Shown in pieces: positions 20,305-28,456 of a stretch of 35,391 bases of DNA. This DNA is from an uncultured Acidobacteriota bacterium (GTDB taxonomy: Bacteria > Acidobacteriota > UBA6911). Within the stretch, counting starts at the first letter, position 1, and each line of letters starts with the position of its first letter. The DNA lies in NCBI GenBank assembly GCA_963827655.1, contig CAWHCF010000039.1, positions 1 to 35,391 on the forward strand, written 5' to 3'. A program made the translations under genes and the position numbers. A model generated the notes under the pieces. The model ran no database searches and was not told the DNA's origin. It was given only the letters and a program-made list of their open reading frames with translations.

Positions 20305-20766
20305 TCAGGCATAGTAGCGCACGATCCACTCCGCAACGCAGGAGGGCTTCTCCACCCCTTCGCATTCGACCGTGATGCTCCACTTCGCCTGCAGCCCCCC
20401 TTGAACCTCCTCCGCGGCAAGCAGACGCATCCGCGCCCGCACCCGCGACCCGACCGGAACGGGTGCCGGGAATCGGACCCGGTCGAGGCCGTAGTTTACG
20501 CCCATAGGGGGACGTTTGAACGATAGCGACTGACTCAGAAAAGAGCTCAGAAGCGCAAGCGTCAAAAACCCATGCGCGATGGTATTGCCGTAAGGAGATT
20601 CACGCTTGGCCCGGTCGACATCGACGTGAATCCACTGCCGGTCTTCCGTCGTTTCGGCGAACTGATTAACGCGCTCCTGGGAAATCGTCCGATAGTCGGT
20701 TACCGCAACTTCCTGTCCCACCAACGCCTTCAGATCATCCAGGTTCTCCACCACGTGTTGATTCAT
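20305..20766 (-). CDS. MaoC-family (hot-dog fold) dehydratase
   Basis: FAETTEDRQWIHVD, TIAHGFLTLAL and NYGLDRVRFPAPVPVGSRVR; GAGGAG RBS. Confidence 0.93.
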   Translation of the reverse strand: MNQHVVENLDDLKALVGQEVAVTDYRTISQERVNQFAETTEDRQWIHVDVDRAKRESPYGNTIAHGFLTLALLSSFLSQSLSFKRPPMGVNYGLDRVRFPAPVPVGSRVRARMRLLAAEEVQGGLQAKWSITVECEGVEKPSCVAEWIVRYYA

Positions 20767-20816
20767 AGTCTCCTCTCCGCTCCACGCGAGATAATGCATC
20801 CTGAGCCTGAACCGGC

Positions 20817-20860
20817 TTGACAGCGGCACGCTAGGTTGTTTAGTTTACTGATCGGTAAAC
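20817..20860 (+). promoter_or_regulatory. Putative sigma70 promoter overlapped by an 18-bp palindromic operator
   Basis: TTGACA (20817-20822), 18 bp, TAGTTT (20841-20846); palindrome GTTTAC-TGATCG-GTAAAC at 20843-20860. Confidence 0.5.
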
Positions 20861-20916
20861 ATAATTAGCCCGTTATTAGCTCGTTGTTCGAGACACTACG
20901 CGAATTTTGTTCACGG

Positions 20917-20992
20917 TAGAAGCCAGAAGTCAGGAGTCAGAAGCAACAATCCTGCGTCCTGAGCCATTCTGACTCCTGACTCCTGGCTCCTA
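20917..20992. repeat. Inverted repeat built of tandem heptamers (AGTCAGG/AGCCAGA)
   Basis: TAGAAGCCAGAAGTCAGGAGTCAGAA, 24 bp spacer, TTCTGACTCCTGACTCCTGGCTCCTA; arms 24/26 complementary. Confidence 0.85.
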
Positions 20993-21046
20993 TATCCCGC
21001 GCGTCAGGCTGTGCTCGTCGCAGCAGGAGAGGATCTGAGGATCTTA

Positions 21047-21283
21047 GGGTTCGCGCAGAAATAAGTTCGCGTTCTGCTGCAGGCCCGCTGGCGAGGCGCG
21101 AGCGACGATGCGTACCCGGTGCGGTACGTGAGGAGCGAGCAACAAAGCCAGCGGGCCTGCGGGCCGCAGCCCGAAGGGGCGCGATCGTGAGGGTGCCAGG
21201 CAGCGCAGCAAACGGAAAACCCGGTTCAAAAAACTGACCACCTACTCTCGCGCCAGAATGTGAAGTTATTTCTGTGCGAGCCC
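21047..21283. mobile_element. MITE-A, long (237 bp) copy with TTA target-site duplication
   Basis: 30-bp imperfect TIRs (25/30), TTA on both sides (21044-21046, 21284-21286), internal perfect 14-bp inverted repeat 21079-21092/21147-21160. Confidence 0.88.
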
Positions 21284-21315
21284 TTATGTTCGTGACTGTT
21301 GTGCGGAGCGCCTCT

Positions 21316-22908
21316 ATGAGCAGTGTCACGGTCAACAAGGTAGCGATAGCCCCAAATGCCAGGCGCCTGCTCTGGGGGGGATTTCTGGCGATTCTCGCCG
21401 CAGGCGTCGGGTTTGCCATCCGCGGAGGTATTCTCGCCACCTGGGGTGCGCAGTTCGGCTTCACCGGCCAGCAACTGGGCGACATTAACGGCGCCGGGTT
21501 CACCGGATTCTGTTTCGGGATCATAGTCGGCGGCATTATCTGCGACCGGATCGGCTATGGAAAGCTGGTGATCGCGGCCTTCGTATTCCATGTGCTGTCG
21601 GCCGTCGTCACATTTGCGGCAGCGCCGGGGCAGGACCAGATGCTAGCCTATCGCCTTCTCTATTGGGGTACGTTCGTCTTCGCCGTGGCCAACGGCACTC
21701 TGGAGGCGGTGGCCAATCCTCTGGTTGCGACGCTGTTCCCCGACAATCGCACGCACTATCTGAACATCCTGCACGCCAGTTGGCCGGCCGGTCTGGTGCT
21801 TGGTGGATTCGCGGGAGCGTTCCTGGGAGAGACGCTGCAGTGGCACTGGAAGTCCCAGCTCGCCCTGTTCCTGGTCCCCACGGTCGTGTACGGCCTGATT
21901 TTCCTGGGCCAGCATATGCCGAAGTCGGAGGCGTCCCAGAAGGGTCTGACGCTGGGCCAAATGTTCAATGACGTCGGCATGCTGGGCGGCCTGATCGTCT
22001 GTTTCCTGCTGGCGTTGTTCTTCAGTAATGCTCTTGGCCTGTCGAACGCCGTGTCGTACGGCCTGTCGGGCGTGCTGCTCATCTTCATCGGGGTGATCAC
22101 CCGCTTCTCGATCGGATCCTGGCTCTTGTTCGTGCTGTTCGTCGCACACGCGCTGGTCGGCGCCGTCGAGCTCGGCACCGACGGCTGGATTCAGAACATC
22201 ACCGGGAACATTCTGACCCCGACGCAAGGCAAGATCCTGTTTGTGTTCACCTCCGCGATCATGTTCAGCCTTCGTTTTTGCGCAAACTTCATCGAGCGGA
22301 GGCTCGGGCTCTCGCCCGTGGGCATCCTCCTCGTGTGTTCGGTTCTGGCTTGCATCGGCCTCAACCTGACGAGCACGATCACGACGTTTGGGGGCGCGAT
22401 GCTGGTCCTGGCCGTCTATGCAGTGGGCAAGACGTTTTTCTGGCCCACGATGCTGGCAGTGGCCAGCGACCGGTTCCCGCGCACGGGGGCCGTGGCCATC
22501 AGCATCATGGGCGGGATCGGCATGATGTCGGCGGGATTGATCGGATCGCCGGGGCTGGGTTATGCCAAGGACCGTTTCGCCAGCGAAGAGCTCCAGAAGG
22601 CGAATCCTGCGCTTTACGCCGAGTACCAGGCAAGCACCCCGAGCAAGTTTTTATTCTTCGAGCAGGTTTACGGCCTGGATGGGAAAAGACTCGGTGAGGC
22701 GAAACAGCCGGCCCTCGATCAGCGAACGTCGCAGCAGAGGGACGTGGTCCTGGCTGACATGAGGGGCGACCGCAGGACACTGGTGGCCGACTCATTCATA
22801 CCGGCACTCATGGCCCTGATCTACCTCGCTCTCCTCCTGTACTTCAAAGCCATCGGCGGCTACCGGGCGGTCCATATCGTCCCCGTTCCCGAGTCGCAAG
22901 GTTCTTAG
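21316..22908 (+). CDS. MFS transporter (sugar/fucose-permease-like)
   Basis: [11 protein letters not shown] motif [30 protein letters not shown] and [22 protein letters not shown]; GGAG before ATG 21316. Confidence 0.88.
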   Translation: MSSVTVNKVAIAPNARRLLWGGFLAILAAGVGFAIRGGILATWGAQFGFTGQQLGDINGAGFTGFCFGIIVGGIICDRIGYGKLVIAAFVFHVLSAVVTFAAAPGQDQMLAYRLLYWGTFVFAVANGTLEAVANPLVATLFPDNRTHYLNILHASWPAGLVLGGFAGAFLGETLQWHWKSQLALFLVPTVVYGLIFLGQHMPKSEASQKGLTLGQMFNDVGMLGGLIVCFLLALFFSNALGLSNAVSYGLSGVLLIFIGVITRFSIGSWLLFVLFVAHALVGAVELGTDGWIQNITGNILTPTQGKILFVFTSAIMFSLRFCANFIERRLGLSPVGILLVCSVLACIGLNLTSTITTFGGAMLVLAVYAVGKTFFWPTMLAVASDRFPRTGAVAISIMGGIGMMSAGLIGSPGLGYAKDRFASEELQKANPALYAEYQASTPSKFLFFEQVYGLDGKRLGEAKQPALDQRTSQQRDVVLADMRGDRRTLVADSFIPALMALIYLALLLYFKAIGGYRAVHIVPVPESQGS

Positions 22909-22986
22909 GCGCTTAGCGAAACGTTCAAACCAACATGTTGTCGTTCAGAAGGGGCCTTCGTTCGGGGCGAAGTCCCCGAACGAACC
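22908..22986. mobile_element. Element B (79 bp double-hairpin insertion), copy 1
   Basis: About 5 differences from the reverse complement of 28484-28561. Flanked by TTA/CTA; 11-bp stem TTCGTTCGGGG/CCCCGAACGAA; palindrome CAACATGTTG. Confidence 0.8.
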
Positions 22987-22991
22987 CTAGA

Positions 22992-23050
22992 GCCTTTGCG
23001 TCTTCATGGTTTGTGCGGGACAACCAACCACCACTAAGACGCAAAGACTC
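22992..23050. repeat. Octamer-periodic repeat, back-to-back pair (left arm interrupted by element B)
   Basis: GCCTTTGCGTCTTCATGGTT, spacer, ACCACTAAG-ACGCAAAG-ACTC. Confidence 0.8.
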
Positions 23051-23070
23051 TGTTCGATGCGGAGGGAATG

Positions 23071-23730
23071 CTATTTCGGCTGCGGAACTTCCCGCAGGTA
23101 GGGTTTTTTCGTCTTCCAGCCGCCCGGGAATTTCTGCTTGGCCTCTTCGTCGGAAACCGATGTGAGGATGATGACGTCCTGTCCCGGCTTCCAGTTCACG
23201 GGCGTGGCAACCTTGTGCTTTGCCGTGAGCTGCATCGAATCAAGCACTCGCAGCACCTCGTCGAAGTTGCGGCCCGTGCTCATCGGGTAGGTGAGCATCA
23301 GCTTGATCTTCTTGTCGGGTCCGACAACGAAGACGGAACGTATCGTGGCATTGTCCATCGCCGTGCGTGACTTCGCGCCGGTGGCATTGGGATGGATCAT
23401 GTCGTAGAGCTTTGCGACCGCCAGGTCGGAATCCCCGATAATCGGGTAGTTCGGCGCGTGCCCCTGGGTTTCCTCGATGTCCTTGGACCATTTCTCGTGA
23501 TCGCCGACCGAATCGATGCTCAGGCCGAGGACCTTGCAGTTGCGTTTCTCGAACTCGGGCTTCAGGCCGGCCATGTACCCCAGCTCCGTGGTGCACACGG
23601 GCGTGAAGTCCTTGGGATGCGAGAACAGGATCGCCCAGCCGTCCCCGATCCATTCGTGAAAGCGAATCGTGCCTTGTGTGGTCTCAGCAGTAAAGTCCGG
23701 CGCCTCATCGCCTATGCGTAGTGGCATCAT
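23071..23730 (-). CDS. 1-Cys peroxiredoxin (Prx6 subfamily)
   Basis: FSHPKDFTPVCTTELG, YPMSTGRNFDEVLR and VATPVNWKPG motifs; GGAGG RBS. Confidence 0.95.
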   Translation of the reverse strand: MMPLRIGDEAPDFTAETTQGTIRFHEWIGDGWAILFSHPKDFTPVCTTELGYMAGLKPEFEKRNCKVLGLSIDSVGDHEKWSKDIEETQGHAPNYPIIGDSDLAVAKLYDMIHPNATGAKSRTAMDNATIRSVFVVGPDKKIKLMLTYPMSTGRNFDEVLRVLDSMQLTAKHKVATPVNWKPGQDVIILTSVSDEEAKQKFPGGWKTKKPYLREVPQPK

Positions 23731-23774
23731 GCACCTCCATTGAAGTTTCTAAGTCGAATTTTTGCGACTTATCG

Positions 23775-23803
23775 ATGCTACAGCGCAGTGAAACCTGTGT
23801 CAA
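23775..23803 (-). promoter_or_regulatory. Putative sigma70 promoter of the peroxiredoxin
   Basis: Minus strand TTGACA (23803-23798), 17 bp, TAGCAT (23780-23775). Confidence 0.6.
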
Positions 23804-23832
23804 GGCGGACACCGATTGCTTCGCGTTTCCAC

Positions 23833-23914
23833 TGTCTTCGAGTCGTCGTGGTTAGTGCGGCGGTAACAAAACCCGAACCTCGAACGACACGAAGACTCGA
23901 AGAAACGCGAAGAA
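23833..23914. repeat. Octamer-periodic repeat, back-to-back pair
   Basis: TGTCTTCGAGTCGTCGTGGTT, spacer, ACCTCGAACG-ACACGAAG-ACTCGAAG-AAACGCGAAGAA. Confidence 0.8.
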
Positions 23915-25381
23915 CCTGTCGTCAGTCCTTCTCCCCGCCGTCACGCTGGGATCCGGAGCGCCGACCGGGATCGGGGGTTCTTTCTTCAAGCTGGCCTGGA
24001 AATCGTCAATGATCTTTCCGACCGGGTAGTAGACCCAGGTGTTCAGGGAGCCGATGCTGTTGCGTTCCTTCGGGTCCTCGATCAGGTTGAACACCCGTCG
24101 ATTGGGCAGCGGCTGCACCGGGTCGAACATGTACTCCTGCCAGACGAAGTGTACCTTCCAGTTGCGCCATTTGACGGCGTGCAGCACATCGCCCACGTAG
24201 CACGGAAAGCCTTCACGGTTGGATTTCTCCTGTTTGCCGAGAAGGAACCCGCCCTGGTCCATGCCGTCAATGATGCGGTCTCTCGGCACGTCTCCCCCTG
24301 CGAAGCGGGCCAAGGTCGGGAAAATGTCCACCTCGTGAACGATCTCGTTGCTGACGCGGCCGGCGGGAACCCGATCGGGCCAGCGAACGATGAACGGCAC
24401 TCGCAGGGAGCCTTCCATGGCCGTGAAGTATGAGCCCGACCACGGGCCACCCCAGCCGCGCCAGGGAAGCGTCTCCTCGGGACCGTTGTCGCTGGTGAAG
24501 ATGACGATGGTGTTCTTCTCGATCCCCAGTTCCTGGACGGCATCGACGATCTGGCCGACGTGATGATCCATCTCCGCGAGCGAGTCGGAGAACTCGCCGA
24601 AGCCGGTCTTGCCCATGAAATCGGGATGCGCCAGCGTCGGATAATGCACCAGGGTGAAGGGCACGTAGGCGTAGAACGGCTTGCCCGCCTTCACGCTCCG
24701 TTTCATGAAGTCGATGGTCCGGCGCGTGACTTCGGTGTCGATCAGCCGCCGCGTTTTCAGGTCGTAGACTTCCAGTTGGCGAGTCTTCTCGCCCTTGCGC
24801 CCCTCCAGAATGTGGGGCACGTGCATGTCGTCCGCTTTCGGATCGAAGCCGGTGGCGTACGTCCAGGTGCTTTCCGAAGTGGAGTTGGGAATTCCGTACC
24901 ATTCGTCGAAGCCCTGGTTCGTGGGGAAGCGGCCTTCGGTCGCGCCGAGGTGCCACTTGCCGAAGTGGCCGGTGGCGTAGCCGCGTTGGGCCAGCACCTC
25001 GGCCATGGTGATTTCCCACTGGGTCAGGCCGTAGAGCGCTCCGCCGCGATTGACGCGCATGGTCCCGGAACGGAGGGGAAAGCGGCCGGTCATGAGGGCC
25101 GAGCGGCTCGGCGTGCACTGGGGTTCCACGTTGTAATTCAGCAACCGGAATCCTTCCGTGGCCAGCTTGTCGATGCGCGGGGTCGGCGCTCCGCGCAGGA
25201 TGCCGCCCCCATAGCAGCCGACTTCGCCGTAGCCCAGGTTGTCGGCCATCATGAAGACGATGTTCGGCTTGTCGCTGGAAGCGCTCGCGGGTTGTTTGGC
25301 TTGCTCCGCCGCGGCCCCATAGCCCAGCACGACTCCCAGTCCCAGAACGACCCCGATCATCCGGCGTTGGTTCGTCAGCAT
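23852..25381 (-). CDS. Cys-type arylsulfatase with signal peptide (true stop possibly at 23922)
   Basis: KPNIVFMMADNLGYG, CTPSRSALMTGR (CxPxR), GYATGHFGKWHLG, FTSDNG and EGSLRVPFIVRWP motifs; AAGGAGG RBS. Confidence 0.94.
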   Translation of the reverse strand: MLTNQRRMIGVVLGLGVVLGYGAAAEQAKQPASASSDKPNIVFMMADNLGYGEVGCYGGGILRGAPTPRIDKLATEGFRLLNYNVEPQCTPSRSALMTGRFPLRSGTMRVNRGGALYGLTQWEITMAEVLAQRGYATGHFGKWHLGATEGRFPTNQGFDEWYGIPNSTSESTWTYATGFDPKADDMHVPHILEGRKGEKTRQLEVYDLKTRRLIDTEVTRRTIDFMKRSVKAGKPFYAYVPFTLVHYPTLAHPDFMGKTGFGEFSDSLAEMDHHVGQIVDAVQELGIEKNTIVIFTSDNGPEETLPWRGWGGPWSGSYFTAMEGSLRVPFIVRWPDRVPAGRVSNEIVHEVDIFPTLARFAGGDVPRDRIIDGMDQGGFLLGKQEKSNREGFPCYVGDVLHAVKWRNWKVHFVWQEYMFDPVQPLPNRRVFNLIEDPKERNSIGSLNTWVYYPVGKIIDDFQASLKKEPPIPVGAPDPSVTAGRRTDDRFFAFLRVFVSFEVRVLLPPH

Positions 25382-25406
25382 GGGAAACCTCCTTGGTCAA
25401 TTGGGT

Positions 25407-25649
25407 TCAGTAGCGGCTCCTTTCGCGCCGAAGCAGTTCGACACCGCTCGTTTGGAGGGTTTTCCTACCGTAAATCCTTTTCAGGCGCGCCAGGAAATCG
25501 GGACGTTTGGAGGCCGGTCGAGGCTGCGCTGGGATCAGCCGGGCGATCACCCTTTTGCGCTTCGTGACCTGGATCTCCTCGCCCTCCTGCAGGAGGTCTT
25601 CAACATGAGAAAATCGATATCGAAGGTCCCGAACCGTCACCGTCTTCAT
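25407..25649 (-). CDS. Phd/YefM-type antitoxin (no adjacent toxin)
   Basis: MKTVTVRDLRYRFSHVEDLLQEGEEIQVTKRKRVIARLIP is a typical prevent-host-death N-terminus; 80 aa. Confidence 0.82.
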   Translation of the reverse strand: MKTVTVRDLRYRFSHVEDLLQEGEEIQVTKRKRVIARLIPAQPRPASKRPDFLARLKRIYGRKTLQTSGVELLRRERSRY

Positions 25650-25670
25650 GTGATGCATTATCGCATTACA
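25649..25670 (-). promoter_or_regulatory. Leaderless -10 element flanked by an inverted-repeat operator (antitoxin autoregulation)
   Basis: Minus strand TGTAATGC-GATAAT-GCATCACA(TG): the -10-like GATAAT lies 7 nt before the ATG, with arms 7/8 complementary. Confidence 0.6.
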
Positions 25671-26222
25671 ACAGCTCCAAATCGAGCACCGCCAGCGCTT
25701 TCAGTTCCGACGATCACGCGATCGAGAAAAGTCCATTGCCGAGCAGGTTGCGTTTTTCGAACTGAGCAGTCGACGATTTAGCGCCGACGCCCGAGTCAAG
25801 GACACGGGTCCCGGCATCGACTGACTCGCACCTTGCGGCGTTCACGATCGTGCGACCCGATTGCCCGGCCTAACGACCGAAAGCGTCGAGACTCGAAGTC
25901 ACGAGGGCCAAGGCACGGCCTCCGAACACAGGGTTTCGTCGCTGGTCCTTCGACCTCCATGTCATCTGCACCACAATCCACGCCCGCATGCTGCGATCAC
26001 GTCGGGCGCTTGGGTACCTGGCTACGGGCGACTCCACTTCTGTGCCTCGCGAAATGTCCAGACTCCGCGGCCTTACAGGGCGGTTCCGCCCGCTCAAGTC
26101 GATCCCGGCCACAGTACTGCAATCGCAGCATGCTCTCCCGAAGAAATATTTGGAGGCGAGCCGTCTCTCTGCTATACTCTAGCGTTTTAGTTTCAAACTT
26201 TCCCAAACAATCTGGAGGTTCG

Positions 26223-28451
26223 GTGCTGAAGCATCTTCTCTTCGGTGTAATTCTGTGTGCATGGAGGGCCGGCGAGGCGTCTGCCGCCCAGAATACCGGC
26301 AAAATCGATTTCATTCGTGACGTTCAACCGCTGTTGAATCAGCACTGTGTTGGCTGTCACGGGCCGATACAACAAATGAACGGCTTCCGTCTCGACCGCC
26401 GCAGTTCCGCCATGAGAGGGGGCACCTTTCTGATGATCCGGCCGGGGAACAGCGACCTCAGCAGGCTCTATCTCCGGTTGACCGGCAAAGCGCCCGGACC
26501 GCAGATGCCGCCCGCGGGGCCTTTGAGCGCGGAACAAATCGCCACCTTCAAAGCATGGATCGATCAGGGGGCGGAATGGCCGGACGAAGTTTCAGGGGAT
26601 GTCCAGCCGGCTCCCCCCGACCCGAGGGCCGTCCGCCTCGCCGACGCGCTCCACAATGGCGATCTTCAGTCATTCAAAAAGAGACTGAGCGAAGATCCCG
26701 AGGCTGCGAACCTCAGAGCTTTCGGCGGCGCGACGCCGCTCATGTATGCCGCTTTGTACGGAGATTCCGAGTCTGTGAGGTTGCTGCTGGAAAGGGGCGC
26801 CGACCCCAACATCAAGAATGACGCAGGCGCGACGGCTCTCATGTGGGCCGTCGATGACGCCGAAAAGACCCGGCTGCTGCTGGAACGAGGAGCCGACGTA
26901 AATGCCAAGTCAGAGAACGGCCGCACGCCCCTGCTTATCGCGGCGCGCCGGTTCGGTTCGGCAGCGGTTGTGAAGCTTCTGCTTGAACGCGGCGCGGACC
27001 CTTCAGTCAAGTCGGCCGACATTTTCGGCGATATCACTCCGCTGACTGAAGCAGCACGGACGGGGGACGCCCAGGTAATGCGGATGTTGATCGAGCGCGG
27101 CGCGAATCCGAAGTCCGCGGGTTCCCTGGCGCTCTATTACGCCATCCGGGCGGACTGTAGCCAATGCTCCGACATGCTGATCCCGTCTCTGGACAAGAAA
27201 GACCTCAGCATGGCGTCGAATCTTCTCGCTCCGCCCTTTGGAGACGGTCTCGCAACGAAATCGCTGCTCGATCTTGGAGCCGACGTCAATGCCCGGGATC
27301 CCGGAGGCCGCACCACCCTGATGCTCGCCGCAGGTTCCGACGTTCTTCCGGTGGAGACCGTAAAGACCCTGATCAGCAAGGGAGCGGATATCCACGCAAA
27401 GAGCCCCGCCGGTCAAACCGCGCTGGACCTCGCGAAACAAAGAGGCGATACGACCATCGTGGACCTGCTGGTCAAGGCCGGAGCGAAGACCGCAACGACG
27501 CCGAACGAATCCGCGCTGCAGCCGAAGGCAGCCGCCTCCGCCCGGGCCGCGATAGAGAAGATCATTCCACTCCTGCAGAAAAGCGACGCAACTTTTTCCC
27601 GCAAGACGGGCTGTGTTTCCTGTCACAACAACAGCTTGACCGCGATGACGGTCGCGGCCGCGCGCGGGAAAGGTTTGCCGGTCGATAACGAGGTGGCGGG
27701 AAAACAGCTCAAGACGATCGCCTCATTCGTCGCCGATTGGCGCGACCGGCTCCTGCAGGGCATTGGCATTCCCGGTGATTCCGATACCATCAGCTATATT
27801 CTGCTCGGCATGGCCGCCGAGAATTACCAGCCCGACCCGGCCACCGAGGCAATGGCATACTTCCTCAAACACCAGCAAACGCCGGATGGACGATGGCGAA
27901 TCCTCGGGCATCGGCCGCCGATCGAATCGAGCGACATCCAGGTTACTGCGGCCTCGTTGCGGGCGCTTCAAGTCTACGCTCCGAAGACGCATCGCTCGGA
28001 ATACCAGAAGTCCATTCAGCTGGCGGCAGATTGGCTGATGAACTCCCAGCCCAGGACGACCGAGGAACAAGCGTTTCGACTGCTGGGCCTCGGGTGGGCC
28101 GGCGCAAACCGGAAAACTATCCAGAAGGCCGCCCGCCAGCTGGTCGCGGAGCAGCGTTCCGATGGAGGCTGGGCACAGATTCCTTCGCTCGCAAGCGACG
28201 CTTACGGCACAGGACAGGCGCTGGTGGCACTGCAGCAAAGCGGTGCGCTGCAGACGACCGACCCGGTTTACCAGCGCGGAATTCAGTTTCTAATGAACAC
28301 GCAACTCGAGGATGGGTCCTGGCTCGTCAAGTCACGCGCTGTTCCATTCCAGCCCTACTTTGAGAGCGGATTTCCTCACGGTCACGATCAGTGGATCTCC
28401 GCCGCCGCAAGTAACTGGGCCGCGATGGCTCTCGTGCCCGCGGCACGGTGA
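26223..28451 (+). CDS. Secreted fusion: planctomycete-type cytochrome c domain + ankyrin repeats + second CxxCH + prenyltransferase/squalene-cyclase-like alpha/alpha-barrel repeats
   Basis: GGAGG RBS before GTG 26223 and a signal peptide. DFIRDVQPLLNQHCVGCHG...WIDQGA; multiple G.TPL..AA..G...V.LLL..GAD.N repeats; GCVSCHNN; QTPDGRW, QRSDGGW and QLEDGSW motifs. Confidence 0.85.
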   Translation: MLKHLLFGVILCAWRAGEASAAQNTGKIDFIRDVQPLLNQHCVGCHGPIQQMNGFRLDRRSSAMRGGTFLMIRPGNSDLSRLYLRLTGKAPGPQMPPAGPLSAEQIATFKAWIDQGAEWPDEVSGDVQPAPPDPRAVRLADALHNGDLQSFKKRLSEDPEAANLRAFGGATPLMYAALYGDSESVRLLLERGADPNIKNDAGATALMWAVDDAEKTRLLLERGADVNAKSENGRTPLLIAARRFGSAAVVKLLLERGADPSVKSADIFGDITPLTEAARTGDAQVMRMLIERGANPKSAGSLALYYAIRADCSQCSDMLIPSLDKKDLSMASNLLAPPFGDGLATKSLLDLGADVNARDPGGRTTLMLAAGSDVLPVETVKTLISKGADIHAKSPAGQTALDLAKQRGDTTIVDLLVKAGAKTATTPNESALQPKAAASARAAIEKIIPLLQKSDATFSRKTGCVSCHNNSLTAMTVAAARGKGLPVDNEVAGKQLKTIASFVADWRDRLLQGIGIPGDSDTISYILLGMAAENYQPDPATEAMAYFLKHQQTPDGRWRILGHRPPIESSDIQVTAASLRALQVYAPKTHRSEYQKSIQLAADWLMNSQPRTTEEQAFRLLGLGWAGANRKTIQKAARQLVAEQRSDGGWAQIPSLASDAYGTGQALVALQQSGALQTTDPVYQRGIQFLMNTQLEDGSWLVKSRAVPFQPYFESGFPHGHDQWISAAASNWAAMALVPAAR

Positions 28452-28456
28452 TTGTT

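Noticed and set aside
20937-21536. 199-aa ORF, and short ORFs 12680..13006, 12948..13217 and 21044..21241 sharing peptides such as [13 protein letters not shown] and LFLREP
   Set aside because: The shared peptides are translations of MITE-A DNA and antisense to real genes; no transposase motifs.
25833-26222. 130-aa N-terminal extension of the ankyrin fusion ORF
   Set aside because: Low-complexity Arg/Ser-rich sequence with no RBS; a GGAGG RBS and signal peptide point to GTG 26223.
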